The notes beneath the pieces are model-generated. The model did no database searches. It was not told the origin of the DNA and was given only the letters and a program-made list of their open reading frames with translations. From the IMG/VR virus record IMGVR_UViG_3300032157_000017, positions 1 to 48,305 of that record: DNA of 48,305 nucleotides. The stretch is one strand, 5' to 3'. Positions 30,708-40,677 of the stretch are shown here, piece by piece (within the stretch, counting starts at the first letter, position 1; each line of letters begins with the position of its first letter). The stretch comes from a virus. The position numbers were made by a program, and so were the translations under genes.

Positions 30708-33413
30708 TTATCTCCCTGCCGCGCGGCGCATCCGCCGCCGGTCGCGTCTTTCCTTCTCGTCGTCGCGCTCGACCGCGAGCTCCTTCAGGCGCCGATCGCG
30801 CGCTGCTTCGTAGCGACTGCGCGCCGAAGCCTCGCCGGGCGGCGCCGCGCTGTCCTGCCCGAGCAGCGCCGGGCCCCCGCCGCGCAGCGCGCCGAGCGGA
30901 CCCTCGAGCGACTTCAGCACGGGCAGCGCACGCAGCATCCCGACGTCGACCTGGTTCTGCATGTTCCAGATCTCACGGTTCTGCCCCGCACGCCCGCGGA
31001 ACCTCGACCGGTTGACGATCTCCTGCGTGTCCTGCAGCCCCCGAAGCTTGTCGAGCTGCTGGCGAACGCCGGCCTGGTCGGCGAGCGCGCGCGTGTCGTC
31101 GAGCAGCTGCTTCTCTCCCATCCTCGACTCGCCGAGGCTCGCGACCGGGCTGAAAGCGTCGCCCCCCGGCGCGACCCGCTTCTCGACGCCCTTCGCCTTG
31201 TCGATGGCTGCGTCGCTCTTCTTCAGCTCCTCGGCGTACCCGCCCTTCTTGCCGCCCATCGGGCGGCGGCGCCGATCGAGCTCGGCCGCCTTTGCGAGGT
31301 CGCTGTCGCCGAGCCCCTCGATGAGCGTGTCCGCCCGGCGCGCGTCGTAGGCGCGGGGCGAGACGTAGACCGCATCGATGCCGCGCTGCCGGAGGTAGTC
31401 GCCGAGCGGCCCGTTCGCCTCCGCGAAGCTCGCCTCTTCGACCAGCTCTCGCAGCACCGTCTGCTCCGCCTTCGCGCGAGCCGCCGCCGTCGGGGTTCGG
31501 TCTCCGACGATGTCCTCGATGGCTGCCTCGATCTCCTCGTCGGCAGCCGACCGCGCCCGGCTGTCCTTGATCGTCTTCAGGTACGCGGCTCGATCGATAT
31601 CGACCTTGGGCGCATCCGCCGCCCGCGCGCCGGCGGCCTCGATGTCGTCCTTGACGAGCTTGTGCCGCAGGCGCGGCCCGAGGAACTCCGCCGCCTCCTC
31701 GGGCGACAGCTTCAACGCGCCGTCCACGGGCGACGTCGACACGTCCTGCACCAGGCTGTTGAAGACCTTCTGAGCGGGGCGCCCCTTGTCGTCGATCGCC
31801 CGGAGCGTACCGCCCGGCTCGGGCTGGTAATGGTCGCGGAGCGACTCGAGGCTCTGCTGCTGCAGGTGCGTCATCCCCTCGGGCGCTGAGCCCTCGGGCG
31901 TCTGGTAGTAGTTCGACCGGCTCGCGCGAGCGGCGCCCTCGGCGCGCCGGGTGTTCTCTGCGGCCTTGTCGCGGATGGGCGGCGCGATCTCGCTCGCGAT
32001 GATGTCCGTCGGCGACTTGAGCCCCTCCTGCCGCGCCTGCCGCTGGAGCCCCTTCGCCTCGCCCCCGAGCCGGAGCCCGGTTGCGGTCGTCGTGAGCCCC
32101 GTGTCGAGGTTCGGCTCCGCCCGGCGCACCTTGCCCTCGAACCGCTCCGAATCCCGGATCGCCTCCGCCCCACCACGCGCGCCCTGCTGGAGCAGGCTCC
32201 CGCCGGCGGCGTAGGCCGCGCCCGACCCGAGCGTGTCGACAGCGCTCTGCCCCGCCGCCGCGAGCCGGTCGAGCGACGGCGCCTGTCCCGTCTGCGCAGC
32301 GTCGGCGCCCATGTCGACCGCCTGCTGCCCCGCCTCCTCGAGGCCCGTGGCAACCCCGCCGGCGGCCGCGTCCCCCGCGGTGCGCCCCGCCACCTTCAGC
32401 GCCGTTGGCGCCTTGCTCGCGAGCGCGCCGAGCCGCGTCTTGGCGATCGCGTCGACGATGAACTTTCCCCCCGCGCTCACGCCCTGGAAGAGCTTCTCGG
32501 CGGCGCCCCACGGCGCGAGCATCCCGAGCACCTGCCCCCCGCCGTACTCGAGCGGGTTCTGCTCCGCGGTCCAGCGGTTCAGATCCTTCGTGCTCTGCTC
32601 GGCGTCTTCGTTGATGCCCATGTAGTCGGTCCCCGCGCCGACGTTCATGTGGGTCTTGGGGGTCGCCGTCTCCATCGCCGAGCGCCCAGCGCCGAGCGCG
32701 GCCGTGTCGTCGACGCCCATCACGAGCGCATGGCTCGCGTCGAGCAGCGGCTGCCCCGCGCCCCCGAGCTTGAGCGCCAGCTGGTCGACAACGCCCTTGC
32801 CCTGATCGCCCCAGAGCCAGGGCGTTTGCGAGTAGCGGTAGACGGTGCGCCCGCTCTGAGCTGCGGCCTCGGCGGTCTTGCGCCACAAGTAGTTGGCCGC
32901 GTCCTGGTAGAGCGGGCTCGTCTCGTTCAGGGCCCCGATCTCGTCGAGCCCGGGCGGCGTGCTCGGGCGGATCGCCCGGAGGAAGGCCGGGTTCTCGATG
33001 AGCTGCTTCTGCACGACCGACACGGGCGGCTCGTACGCGTAGGCGACATCGCCCGCCTGCCCGCTCTTCGCCTTCTGCTCGGCGGCGGCGTCCCCGTCGG
33101 GATCGGTCGTCGCCGGCTGGAGCGCGAGCACCTGGGGCATCAGGTCGAAGCGCGGGTCGAGCTGTGCGGCGAGCGCTTCCGCCTCGTCGGGGGGCTGCTC
33201 CTGCCCGATGATGCCCTTGACCCCGAGCGCTCCGGGCGCCGGCGCCGCGCTGTCGGCGCGCGTGCCTCCGGCGCCCGCCCAGCCCGACAGCTGCGTGTCC
33301 TCGGCGCCCTGTACCTGCTCGAGCGCCCACGTCCGGTAGGCCTCGTCCTTGATGGCCCCCGGGGTGTCGAGCGCCTTCTTCAGCTCGAGCAGCTCCTCTG
33401 CCGACAGCGCCAT
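30708..33413 (-). CDS. Large internal virion / ejection-type protein (901 aa)
   Basis: Track ORF. Its position corresponds to the T7 gp15/gp16 slot. The alternative-frame ORF 30973..33444 is R/G/A-rich and was rejected. Confidence 0.65.
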   Translation of the reverse strand: MALSAEELLELKKALDTPGAIKDEAYRTWALEQVQGAEDTQLSGWAGAGGTRADSAAPAPGALGVKGIIGQEQPPDEAEALAAQLDPRFDLMPQVLALQPATTDPDGDAAAEQKAKSGQAGDVAYAYEPPVSVVQKQLIENPAFLRAIRPSTPPGLDEIGALNETSPLYQDAANYLWRKTAEAAAQSGRTVYRYSQTPWLWGDQGKGVVDQLALKLGGAGQPLLDASHALVMGVDDTAALGAGRSAMETATPKTHMNVGAGTDYMGINEDAEQSTKDLNRWTAEQNPLEYGGGQVLGMLAPWGAAEKLFQGVSAGGKFIVDAIAKTRLGALASKAPTALKVAGRTAGDAAAGGVATGLEEAGQQAVDMGADAAQTGQAPSLDRLAAAGQSAVDTLGSGAAYAAGGSLLQQGARGGAEAIRDSERFEGKVRRAEPNLDTGLTTTATGLRLGGEAKGLQRQARQEGLKSPTDIIASEIAPPIRDKAAENTRRAEGAARASRSNYYQTPEGSAPEGMTHLQQQSLESLRDHYQPEPGGTLRAIDDKGRPAQKVFNSLVQDVSTSPVDGALKLSPEEAAEFLGPRLRHKLVKDDIEAAGARAADAPKVDIDRAAYLKTIKDSRARSAADEEIEAAIEDIVGDRTPTAAARAKAEQTVLRELVEEASFAEANGPLGDYLRQRGIDAVYVSPRAYDARRADTLIEGLGDSDLAKAAELDRRRRPMGGKKGGYAEELKKSDAAIDKAKGVEKRVAPGGDAFSPVASLGESRMGEKQLLDDTRALADQAGVRQQLDKLRGLQDTQEIVNRSRFRGRAGQNREIWNMQNQVDVGMLRALPVLKSLEGPLGALRGGGPALLGQDSAAPPGEASARSRYEAARDRRLKELAVERDDEKERRDRRRMRRAAGR

Positions 33414-35293
33414 CAGCGGCCTCCTTCCCGTTCCATGAGCTCACGCATGCGGCGCTCCGCTGCCGTCGTCGGCTCGGGCAGCGCCGCCTTCGGCGCGGCC
33501 GCGCTCTTGCCCTTGCCGCGGTCGTAGTAGGCCTGGATGCTCCCGACCGTGATGTCGCCGCCGCCCGGCGGGCGCCACGCGGGGTTCTGCTCCCAGGCCT
33601 TCGAGCCCTTCGGGTAGACGACAGTCTCCGCCGGCTTGCCGATGAAGGCCGGCGCCGCGACGGCCATCGCGTAGTCTTCGGGCGGGCTCTCGCTCGTGAT
33701 GCCGCGGTCCGAGAGGTACTTCATCACGAAGGGCAGCTGCTCGGCGGCGGTCATCTTCCCGATCTCCTCGGTGCTCGTGCCGAGCTCCTCCGCGATGCTC
33801 GGCAGGAACTGGATGAGCCCCGTCGCGCCGCTGTCGGCGTTGCGTGCGCTCGCCTTGCCGCCGCTCTCGGAACCGATGATGCGCCGGATCTTCTCGGGGT
33901 CGAGATCGCTCTCGAGCGCGAGCCCTTCGAGGTCCCGCTCGAAGTCGCCCTCGACCGGGCTCGGCTCGTACTGCGCGCCCTTGCCCGAGGCTGCGCCCTT
34001 CTTGCTGCCCTTGCGGTCCTCCTCGTACTCCTGCCGCAGCCAGCCCGGCACCGCGCGCTCGACGCCGCCGAGGTAGCCTCGGCGCTCGTTGTCGTCGAGA
34101 TCGCCCGCGCGCGAGGTCGAGTCGAGGTAGTCGTAGGCCTTCTGCCGCTGCGTCTCGGTGACCCGCTTGACGAAAGACTTGATGGCCTCGCGCTGCTCGG
34201 GTTGGAACCCGCCCTTCACCTTCGTCCCGATGAAGTCGAGGATCTGGGTGATGGTGCTCGCCTTGTCCATGCCGAAGGCCATGGCGAGATCCTTGTCGCT
34301 CGGGATGCCCTTGATGTCCTGGAGGCTCAGGAGCGAGCCCGCGATCATCGTGTCGTTCTCGGGGACCCCGTCCTCGATGAGGTCGAGCACCTCGTCGGAG
34401 ACCGTGATCGCGCGAGCCGCGTCCGCAACGCCCATCTCCTTCGCGAGCGCCTGCGCCGAGTTCTCGCCGCGCGAGCGGAGCGTGCTCACCTCCATCGGCG
34501 TGAGGACCTTCTTGTCGTCGTACTGCTCCTTCTGAGCGTCCGCCTCGAGCTGCGCCTTGATGAGCTCGATGGGACCGCCGAGCTGCATGCGGAGCTCGGT
34601 GAGCGCCTTGTCGGCGGGGAGGTTCATCGTCTTGACGCCCTCGGCTGCCTTCGCGGCCGCGCCCTGGTAGTCGAGCGGGTGCGCCTCGACGATGCTCTGG
34701 AAGGCCGGGCCGAGGCGCGAGAGCCGGTCGGCGGCGAGCGCCTGCATGTCGGTGCGCGTGCCCGTCGCCCCCGGCGTCGGCGCCGGCGCGAGCGGGGGCG
34801 GCGTCTCGTCGTACGCGCCCTGATCGATCGGGCGCGACGCCGTCTCCCAGCCCTTGTCGCGGTCGGCTGCCGCGTCCATGTGGAACCGGTAGGACGGCAG
34901 CCCCGCGCCCCGCGCGATGTCAACGCCCGAGCCGAGCGACTCGAGGTACGGGATGAGCGCCTCGACCTGGTCGGGCTGCCCCGACTGGATCGCCTCCGAA
35001 TACTTGAGCGCGCCCTTCTGCCGCTCCTCGAGCAGCGTCGCCCCTGCCGCTGCCTCTCGGTCGAGCCGCTCGCGCTCGGCGAGAGCAGCGCGCTGCGCCT
35101 CCTGCCCCGCGGCGCGCAGCTTGTCGAGCTCGGCCTGCTCCTTCGCCTGACGCTTCTCTTCCTCGAACTTCTCGCGCGCGAGCGCGAGCTGCTGGCGGGC
35201 GATCCCCTGCTGCCCGCCGCCGAACATGCCCGAGAGATCCATGCCCACGGCAGGCGAGAGCTGCGCGAGCAGGCTCTGAGGGTTCAGCGCCAT
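33413..35293 (-). CDS. Internal virion protein with a C-terminal lytic transglycosylase (SLT) domain (626 aa)
   Basis: IIGSESGGKASARNADSGATGLIQFLPSIAEELG contains the ES...GL(M/I)Q SLT signature. The N-terminal half is coiled-coil. Confidence 0.75.
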   Translation of the reverse strand: MALNPQSLLAQLSPAVGMDLSGMFGGGQQGIARQQLALAREKFEEEKRQAKEQAELDKLRAAGQEAQRAALAERERLDREAAAGATLLEERQKGALKYSEAIQSGQPDQVEALIPYLESLGSGVDIARGAGLPSYRFHMDAAADRDKGWETASRPIDQGAYDETPPPLAPAPTPGATGTRTDMQALAADRLSRLGPAFQSIVEAHPLDYQGAAAKAAEGVKTMNLPADKALTELRMQLGGPIELIKAQLEADAQKEQYDDKKVLTPMEVSTLRSRGENSAQALAKEMGVADAARAITVSDEVLDLIEDGVPENDTMIAGSLLSLQDIKGIPSDKDLAMAFGMDKASTITQILDFIGTKVKGGFQPEQREAIKSFVKRVTETQRQKAYDYLDSTSRAGDLDDNERRGYLGGVERAVPGWLRQEYEEDRKGSKKGAASGKGAQYEPSPVEGDFERDLEGLALESDLDPEKIRRIIGSESGGKASARNADSGATGLIQFLPSIAEELGTSTEEIGKMTAAEQLPFVMKYLSDRGITSESPPEDYAMAVAAPAFIGKPAETVVYPKGSKAWEQNPAWRPPGGGDITVGSIQAYYDRGKGKSAAAPKAALPEPTTAAERRMRELMEREGGR

Positions 35294-35296
35294 GGC

Positions 35297-37495
35297 TCAG
35301 CCTCCCCCCATGATGGCCGGCAGCACCGAGCCGAGGGTCTTGGTGAGCTCGTCGATCTGCTTCTGCTCCATGCCCATCGCCTGCAGCGCCGGGGCGAGCT
35401 GGGTCGTCGCGAAGTTCTCCCAGTCGCCTTGCCCGCCCTGGATGAAGTTCTGCATCGCGCTCGAGATGGCGTTCTGCACCTGCCCCGAGTAGCCCGCCGC
35501 TGCGTTGAGCGCCGAGTTCTGCCGACCCTGCCGGCTGTTCTCCGCCTGGCCCGCTGCGTTCATCGTGGAATTCAAGCGGTTCAGATCGTTGGCGCTCATC
35601 TGGTTGGCGATGTCGGCGGCCTGGCGGTTGCGGTCCATGCCGAGGTTCGCCACGTCGCGCGCCGCGCCCATGCTCGACTGGTAGTCCGCGCGCCGGCTGT
35701 CGTCGCCGCGGAACGCGACATCGGCGCCGGAGTTCATCCGGTTGAGCTGCATCTGATCGGCGGCGAGCATCGCGTCGTTGCGCGAATTGAACCGGTTGAG
35801 CTCGCTCGAATCCGCCTGCCCCGCGAGGTTACCGAACGCCTGCATCCCGGCGAGGTTCGTGTTCTGCGCGGCGAGCGCCTGGGAGTCCGCTTGGTTGGCG
35901 AGGTTACCGAGCAGCTGGTTACGGTCGAGCGCCTGACTCGCGAGCTGGTCGTTGATGTTCGCGTACGTCTGGGCGCCTTCGAGGTTCGCGCGGAAGGCGT
36001 CCGTGCCCGAGATGTCGGCGTTGCGCGCCATGCTCGCGAGCGAGTTGTTGCGGTCGATCTCGAGGCCGCCCATCGCCTGGTTCACGTTGGCGAAGGTGTT
36101 GACGCCGGCGAGGTTCGAATTGAACGCGTCGAGCGCGGTCTGATCGGCGCTACGGGCTTGGTTACCGAGCATCGTCTGCTGCGCGAGCGTCTGGTTGCCC
36201 GCGTTGTTGGCGAGCCCCCCGAAGGTTTCGAGCCCCGACAGGTTCGCCCCGAACGCGGCGAGCGAGGAGAGATCGCCCATGCGCGCCTGGTTACCGAGCA
36301 GCTCCTGCCGCGCGCGCTGCTCCTGCGCTCGCTGCATCTCCGCGTCGAAGGAGCGATTCGCCCGCTGCGCTTCGATGTCGGTGATCACGTTGCCGACGCC
36401 CGAGAGGGCCTCGCTCGATCCGTAGACGCCGCGCCCGGCGGCTTGCCGGTTGTAGTCCTGCACGCCGAGCTGCCGCGCCCGGTCGTAGAACGGGTCGAAG
36501 TTCGCGATGGGCAGATCGCCGAAGGCCTGCTGCGTCTGGGCGTACTGCCCAGCGGCGAGGTTCGGATCGCTATACTGACCCATCGAGCCGTAGCTGCCGG
36601 CGACCTGGTCGTAGAACTGCTGCGCTGCCATCGGTCCGCTCGCGGCGTTCTGCTGGTACTGCCCCATGGCTTGGTTGCCGCCCTGGTACTGGCCGATGTT
36701 GCCGTACTGGGAGGCGAGCTGCCCGAGCCCGCGCTCGCCCTGCGTGCCGCCCGCCATGCTCGCCGAGCTCTGGGCGTACTGCCCAGCCGCGTTGTTCGCG
36801 CCGTTGTAGGTGCCGTTCTGCGCGTAGCCGCCGGCGATCTGTCCGAGGCCACGCTCACCCGCGCTGCCCCCGGCGAGCTCGCCCTGCGTCGCGCCATACT
36901 GGTTCTGTGTGTTCTGGGGCCCCGAGTAGTTCGTGAACTGGTCGTACTGCCCCATCGCCTGGTTGTAGAAGGCGCTCGCGGGGCCACTCGCCCCGAACTG
37001 CTGCGCCTGCTGGCGCGCGAACTGCTCGCCGGCGAACGGATCCATGTACTGGCCTTGAACCTGGTTCCAGTACTGCTCGCCCATCCCCGGCCCATCGAGG
37101 GAGCCGAGGTTCTGGTTCATGTAGCGCTCACCCGTGCTCGGGTTCTGCAGGTTATTGTATTGGGTCTGCAGCATCCCCGCCGACGGGTCCTCGAGCAGAC
37201 GGTTCTGCATGTAGAGGAACGCCTGCTCGTCGTAGCCCGGATTCGTGAGGTTGTTGCCCGGGTTCTGGAACGGGGGGCGAGGCGCGAACGCCGCTTCTGC
37301 GCCGCCCCAATTCTGCTGGTTGAGCTGCGGCGTGTAGCCCGTCCCCATCGCGCTCATCGCCGTCTGTGACGAGAGGTTCGGGTTGTAGCTGCTCGTCGTG
37401 GATGCGTTCGGGCGCTGCGCGCTGCGGTTCGGTAGCCCGTCCTTGTCGATGCCCGTGAGGCCCGAGTTCGGATCGTTGAGGTGGTAGGTCGGCAT
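35297..37495 (-). CDS. Q/N/G-rich repeat-containing internal virion protein (732 aa)
   Basis: Track ORF. The N-terminal half is rich in GQY/NQ repeats. The C-terminal half carries about six repeats of roughly 30 aa (GNQAR..D...L.AF..NL.G..TF). Confidence 0.7.
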   Translation of the reverse strand: MPTYHLNDPNSGLTGIDKDGLPNRSAQRPNASTTSSYNPNLSSQTAMSAMGTGYTPQLNQQNWGGAEAAFAPRPPFQNPGNNLTNPGYDEQAFLYMQNRLLEDPSAGMLQTQYNNLQNPSTGERYMNQNLGSLDGPGMGEQYWNQVQGQYMDPFAGEQFARQQAQQFGASGPASAFYNQAMGQYDQFTNYSGPQNTQNQYGATQGELAGGSAGERGLGQIAGGYAQNGTYNGANNAAGQYAQSSASMAGGTQGERGLGQLASQYGNIGQYQGGNQAMGQYQQNAASGPMAAQQFYDQVAGSYGSMGQYSDPNLAAGQYAQTQQAFGDLPIANFDPFYDRARQLGVQDYNRQAAGRGVYGSSEALSGVGNVITDIEAQRANRSFDAEMQRAQEQRARQELLGNQARMGDLSSLAAFGANLSGLETFGGLANNAGNQTLAQQTMLGNQARSADQTALDAFNSNLAGVNTFANVNQAMGGLEIDRNNSLASMARNADISGTDAFRANLEGAQTYANINDQLASQALDRNQLLGNLANQADSQALAAQNTNLAGMQAFGNLAGQADSSELNRFNSRNDAMLAADQMQLNRMNSGADVAFRGDDSRRADYQSSMGAARDVANLGMDRNRQAADIANQMSANDLNRLNSTMNAAGQAENSRQGRQNSALNAAAGYSGQVQNAISSAMQNFIQGGQGDWENFATTQLAPALQAMGMEQKQIDELTKTLGSVLPAIMGGG

Positions 37496-38049
37496 TAGAA
37501 CCTCCTGCTCTGCTGCGGCGCCGGCAGACGAAGCGGCGCGGGGCCTGGCCCGAGCGGCGTCATCTGTTGCGCGATCTGACGTTTGCGCGCCTCGTTCTCA
37601 CGCATGCGCTGCATGTCTTGCTGGCTCACACCCATGGGCTGCCCCGTGCGCAGGCTCTGCTCACGCGCGTTCGAGAACGCCTCCGCGCTCATCGCGCCCG
37701 GATCGCTCGCCATCTGTCCGAACTGCTGCGGGCTAAACGCCGCCTGCGGCCCGAACATCTGGGCCATCATCTGGTTCTGCGGATTGAAGGCGAGCATGCT
37801 CTGCCCGAGCGCCTGCATCCGCATCTTCGCGTTGCGCTCTTGCTGCTGCTTCGCCTCGGCCGCGAGCTGCTCCTGCTTCTTGAGCAGCGCCTTCTGCGTG
37901 TCCGACTGCGCGCCGGTGAGCGCGTTGACGACCGGGATCTTGGCCATCAAGTTCTCTTCGGCGTCGCCCATCCCGAGCAGCGATCCGAGACCACCCGTTG
38001 GCCCGAGCATCGTCTTGTTGAAGTCGTTGAAAAAGTCACCGAGGCCCAT
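37495..38049 (-). CDS. Q/M-rich internal virion protein (184 aa)
   Basis: Track ORF. KKQEQLAAEAKQQQERNAKMRMQALGQSMLAFNPQNQMMAQMFGPQ... Confidence 0.65.
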   Translation of the reverse strand: MGLGDFFNDFNKTMLGPTGGLGSLLGMGDAEENLMAKIPVVNALTGAQSDTQKALLKKQEQLAAEAKQQQERNAKMRMQALGQSMLAFNPQNQMMAQMFGPQAAFSPQQFGQMASDPGAMSAEAFSNAREQSLRTGQPMGVSQQDMQRMRENEARKRQIAQQMTPLGPGPAPLRLPAPQQSRRF

Positions 38050-38060
38050 GCGCCACTCCT

Positions 38061-39659
38061 TCAGCTGCCGAGGTCATCGAACGTCTCCGTCGCGCGCACG
38101 AGAAAGAGGCCCTTCTCGTCGGGGAACCGGAACCGCCACTGCCGCCGGCGGTAGACGCCGAGCGAGTAGAGCGGGATGACGGGGTCGAGGTTGCCGTCCT
38201 CGACCGAGAGCTCGATGGCGACCTCGTTCCACTCGTCCGATAGGTCGTCGCGCCACTCGAGGTAGCAGACGACATTGCGCGACAGCTCTGCTTCCCGCTT
38301 GAGCGTGAGATGCACGGCCGTCGTGCGCTTGCGGTTCGGGCTCTCCCGGTCGAGGAATCCCGAGCGCACGTAGGCGACGATGGCCTCGCCGAGGTCCGTG
38401 CCCGCGTCGAGCGACAGGATCCGGATGGTGCCATCCGCGAGCCCGACGACATTGAGGCCTCCGTCTTGCCGGAGGTGATGGCTCACCACCGGGAACATCG
38501 AGAACTCGTCGGTGAGCGCGTCGTGCAGCGCCCAGCGCCCCCAGCCGATGCCGGGCTGCAAGACGAGCGTCTCCTCGTCCGTCTCGAAGCGGAAGACGAC
38601 GCAGTCGGCGAAGCTCTCGGTGTAGCGGTAGCCGTAGCATTCGCTCGGCGCCGACAGCGCATCGAGCGTCGCCTGCACGGGCTTGCCCACGTCCTCCCAT
38701 TCGCGCCCGTCGCTGATGACGATGCGCGTGAGGTGGTCGAGCCACACGTAGCGGTCGTCGACCTTCACCGGCGAGTACGCCGCGAGGCAGCCGACCTCGC
38801 GCGTGATGCTGGGGGCGAAGGTGACGGCCGTGTCGGGCGAGAAGAGCTGGAGGCTCGTCCGCCCGAAGACGAAGATGTCGTTCGTGTTCTCGGCGCACGC
38901 GACGATCGAGTCGGGTCGCGCCTCCGCCGTGAAGAACCCCGCGCTGCCGGGGGAGGGCGACCACGTCTCGTGCCCGACGAAGTCGACGATGCCCTGGCTG
39001 ATGTCGGAGTAGCGGAGCTTGGTCTGATCGAGCTGCGTGTCGTTGGCGAGGATGCGGGAGCTGTTGCCGAGCACGTGGCTCGCCAGCGGCGGGCAGCCGC
39101 CGAGAAAGCTCATCTCGTGGTAATCGGCGTTCGAAGAGAAGTTCGGCGCGGAGAAGAGCTCGGGGCGGATGTCGACCTTGCCAACCTCGGCGCCGCCGGC
39201 GATGACGAGCAATGCTTCGGTTTCGGCGAACACAGGCCTGGGGAACCGCGTTGTGGCGATGGCTGCAGGCGTTGCCAGGCGATCCTCGTCCGCCGCGCCC
39301 GTGCCCACTAAGGTGGCCACACCGCCGGCGATCCGATAGACGTTGCGCCCCGCGTTGTGCCCGCCACCGGAGGCGTTCACCGTGGCTCCCACCGCATAGA
39401 GCACGCCAGGGTGCGTGCCGCTCACGGTGGGCGTGCCGCTCGTGTGGGCTACCTTGCTTTCCGTGAGGTACAGCCCGAGCACCCCCGCCGCGTCGACGGA
39501 AGTAGCGGGAGCGACACCCGTGTAGGCAGCGAGACCAGGTCGCTTGCGGAGGACACCCCGGGCGTCGAGGATGACGTTGAAGGCCTCGCTGCTGGCGCCG
39601 CTAATGGGCTCGCTGCTCGTCTCGAGCGACGGGGCAAAGGGGATCGGGGCAGTGGGCAC
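38061..39659 (-). CDS. Tail tubular / nozzle-like protein (532 aa); function inferred from position and beta-rich sequence
   Basis: Track ORF between the adaptor-like gene and the internal-protein genes. Confidence 0.5.
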   Translation of the reverse strand: MPTAPIPFAPSLETSSEPISGASSEAFNVILDARGVLRKRPGLAAYTGVAPATSVDAAGVLGLYLTESKVAHTSGTPTVSGTHPGVLYAVGATVNASGGGHNAGRNVYRIAGGVATLVGTGAADEDRLATPAAIATTRFPRPVFAETEALLVIAGGAEVGKVDIRPELFSAPNFSSNADYHEMSFLGGCPPLASHVLGNSSRILANDTQLDQTKLRYSDISQGIVDFVGHETWSPSPGSAGFFTAEARPDSIVACAENTNDIFVFGRTSLQLFSPDTAVTFAPSITREVGCLAAYSPVKVDDRYVWLDHLTRIVISDGREWEDVGKPVQATLDALSAPSECYGYRYTESFADCVVFRFETDEETLVLQPGIGWGRWALHDALTDEFSMFPVVSHHLRQDGGLNVVGLADGTIRILSLDAGTDLGEAIVAYVRSGFLDRESPNRKRTTAVHLTLKREAELSRNVVCYLEWRDDLSDEWNEVAIELSVEDGNLDPVIPLYSLGVYRRRQWRFRFPDEKGLFLVRATETFDDLGS

Positions 39660-39721
39660 GTTACGAGCCCCCTTTCCCGCAGGCAGCTACCGCAGCGGTC
39701 GGTTCCGAAGCGCGCCACATC

Positions 39722-40453
39722 TCACGCGCTCCATTGCGTGTCGTACTCGACGACCGCCTGGGGCCCGCCCGTGTGCTCGAAGGAGAAGTTTACGCACTGC
39801 CTCTTCTTCGACTCGGCGATGCCGGCGAGGAGCGAGACGCGGTCCGGCGGCATCGAGGTGTCGACCGCGATGTAGTAGGCGAGCTGCCAGACGAGGCAGT
39901 CGTACCAGAAGCGCTCGAGATCGGCGCTCTTCGTGCCCGTCTGAGCGCCGCCGAGGAGCCGCGTGATGGCGAGCCGCATCACCCCGGCCTCGCTCGGCAC
40001 GGGCCAGAAACGGAGGTTCACGAGCGCCCCGTGGCGAAAGACACAGTAGAGCTGCGGGCGGGTCGAGATAGACCCCTTCACCGTGAGCGTGCTCCACTTG
40101 AACAGATCGATCTGTTTGCAGACGAGCTCGCCGCTCGTGAACTTCGTGTCGGGGTTATCCGCCGGCACCATCATCGCGTCGCCGTGCACGTCGAGCACGT
40201 CGTTCGGCAGCGTGTAGTAGGGCTCGCCGGCGACGAGCTGCAAGTCGTGGAACGTGCTCGTGCGTGCGATGAAGCCCTCGGTCGCCAGGGCATCGAGGAT
40301 GAGCGAGAGCGTTTGGCGGCCGTGCTCGAGCTTCGGTGTCATGTTCGCGCCCGACAGGCGCGCCTCGACGGGCAGCACCCCCGCGCGCTTGTAGGCGAGC
40401 AGGATGAGCTCGTTGATGCTCACCGCGGGCGAGGGAGTCGTCGCGACGGTCAC
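39722..40453 (-). CDS. Head-tail adaptor / tail tubular A-like protein (243 aa); inferred from position
   Basis: Track ORF with natural composition (INELILLAYKRAGVLPVEARLSGANMTPKLEHGRQTLSLILDAL...). Confidence 0.45.
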   Translation of the reverse strand: MTVATTPSPAVSINELILLAYKRAGVLPVEARLSGANMTPKLEHGRQTLSLILDALATEGFIARTSTFHDLQLVAGEPYYTLPNDVLDVHGDAMMVPADNPDTKFTSGELVCKQIDLFKWSTLTVKGSISTRPQLYCVFRHGALVNLRFWPVPSEAGVMRLAITRLLGGAQTGTKSADLERFWYDCLVWQLAYYIAVDTSMPPDRVSLLAGIAESKKRQCVNFSFEHTGGPQAVVEYDTQWSA

Positions 40454-40677
40454 TCGTACCCCGCGAGTAGGCGCCGCTTGATGAGCTCCATGCTGAACAC
40501 GATCTGGTTATCGGGCAGGCCGTCGCGGCGGTGCTCGAACTCACCCTTGTCGTCCTCGTGCAAGACGAGGATGCCCGTGACCCTGCCCTCTTTCGCCTTC
40601 GCGAGCAGCTCCTCGAGCAGCTCGACGATGCGCGGTCGAGCGTCGACCGGGAGCGATAGCACCTTGAGCGCGCTCAT
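40450..40677 (-). CDS. Hypothetical virion-module protein (75 aa)
   Basis: Internal ATG 40677 (TGATG overlap, read). MSALKVLSLPVDARPRIVELLEELLAKAKEGRVTGILVLHEDDKGEF... Confidence 0.6.
   Translation of the reverse strand: MSALKVLSLPVDARPRIVELLEELLAKAKEGRVTGILVLHEDDKGEFEHRRDGLPDNQIVFSMELIKRRLLAGYE

Noticed and set aside
30973-33444. 823-aa minus-strand ORF in an alternative frame of the 901-aa virion gene
   Set aside because: It is on the same strand but a different frame. It is overwhelmingly R/G/A (about every third residue is R or G), while the 901-aa frame has balanced composition and proper coupling to its neighbours.
34202-37369. 1055-aa plus-strand ORF, the longest ORF on that strand
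   Set aside because: It is an antisense shadow of three consecutive, well-supported minus-strand genes and crosses their boundaries. Its composition is R/L/E/A/V/H-rich with no recognisable motif, typical of off-frame ORFs in high-GC DNA.
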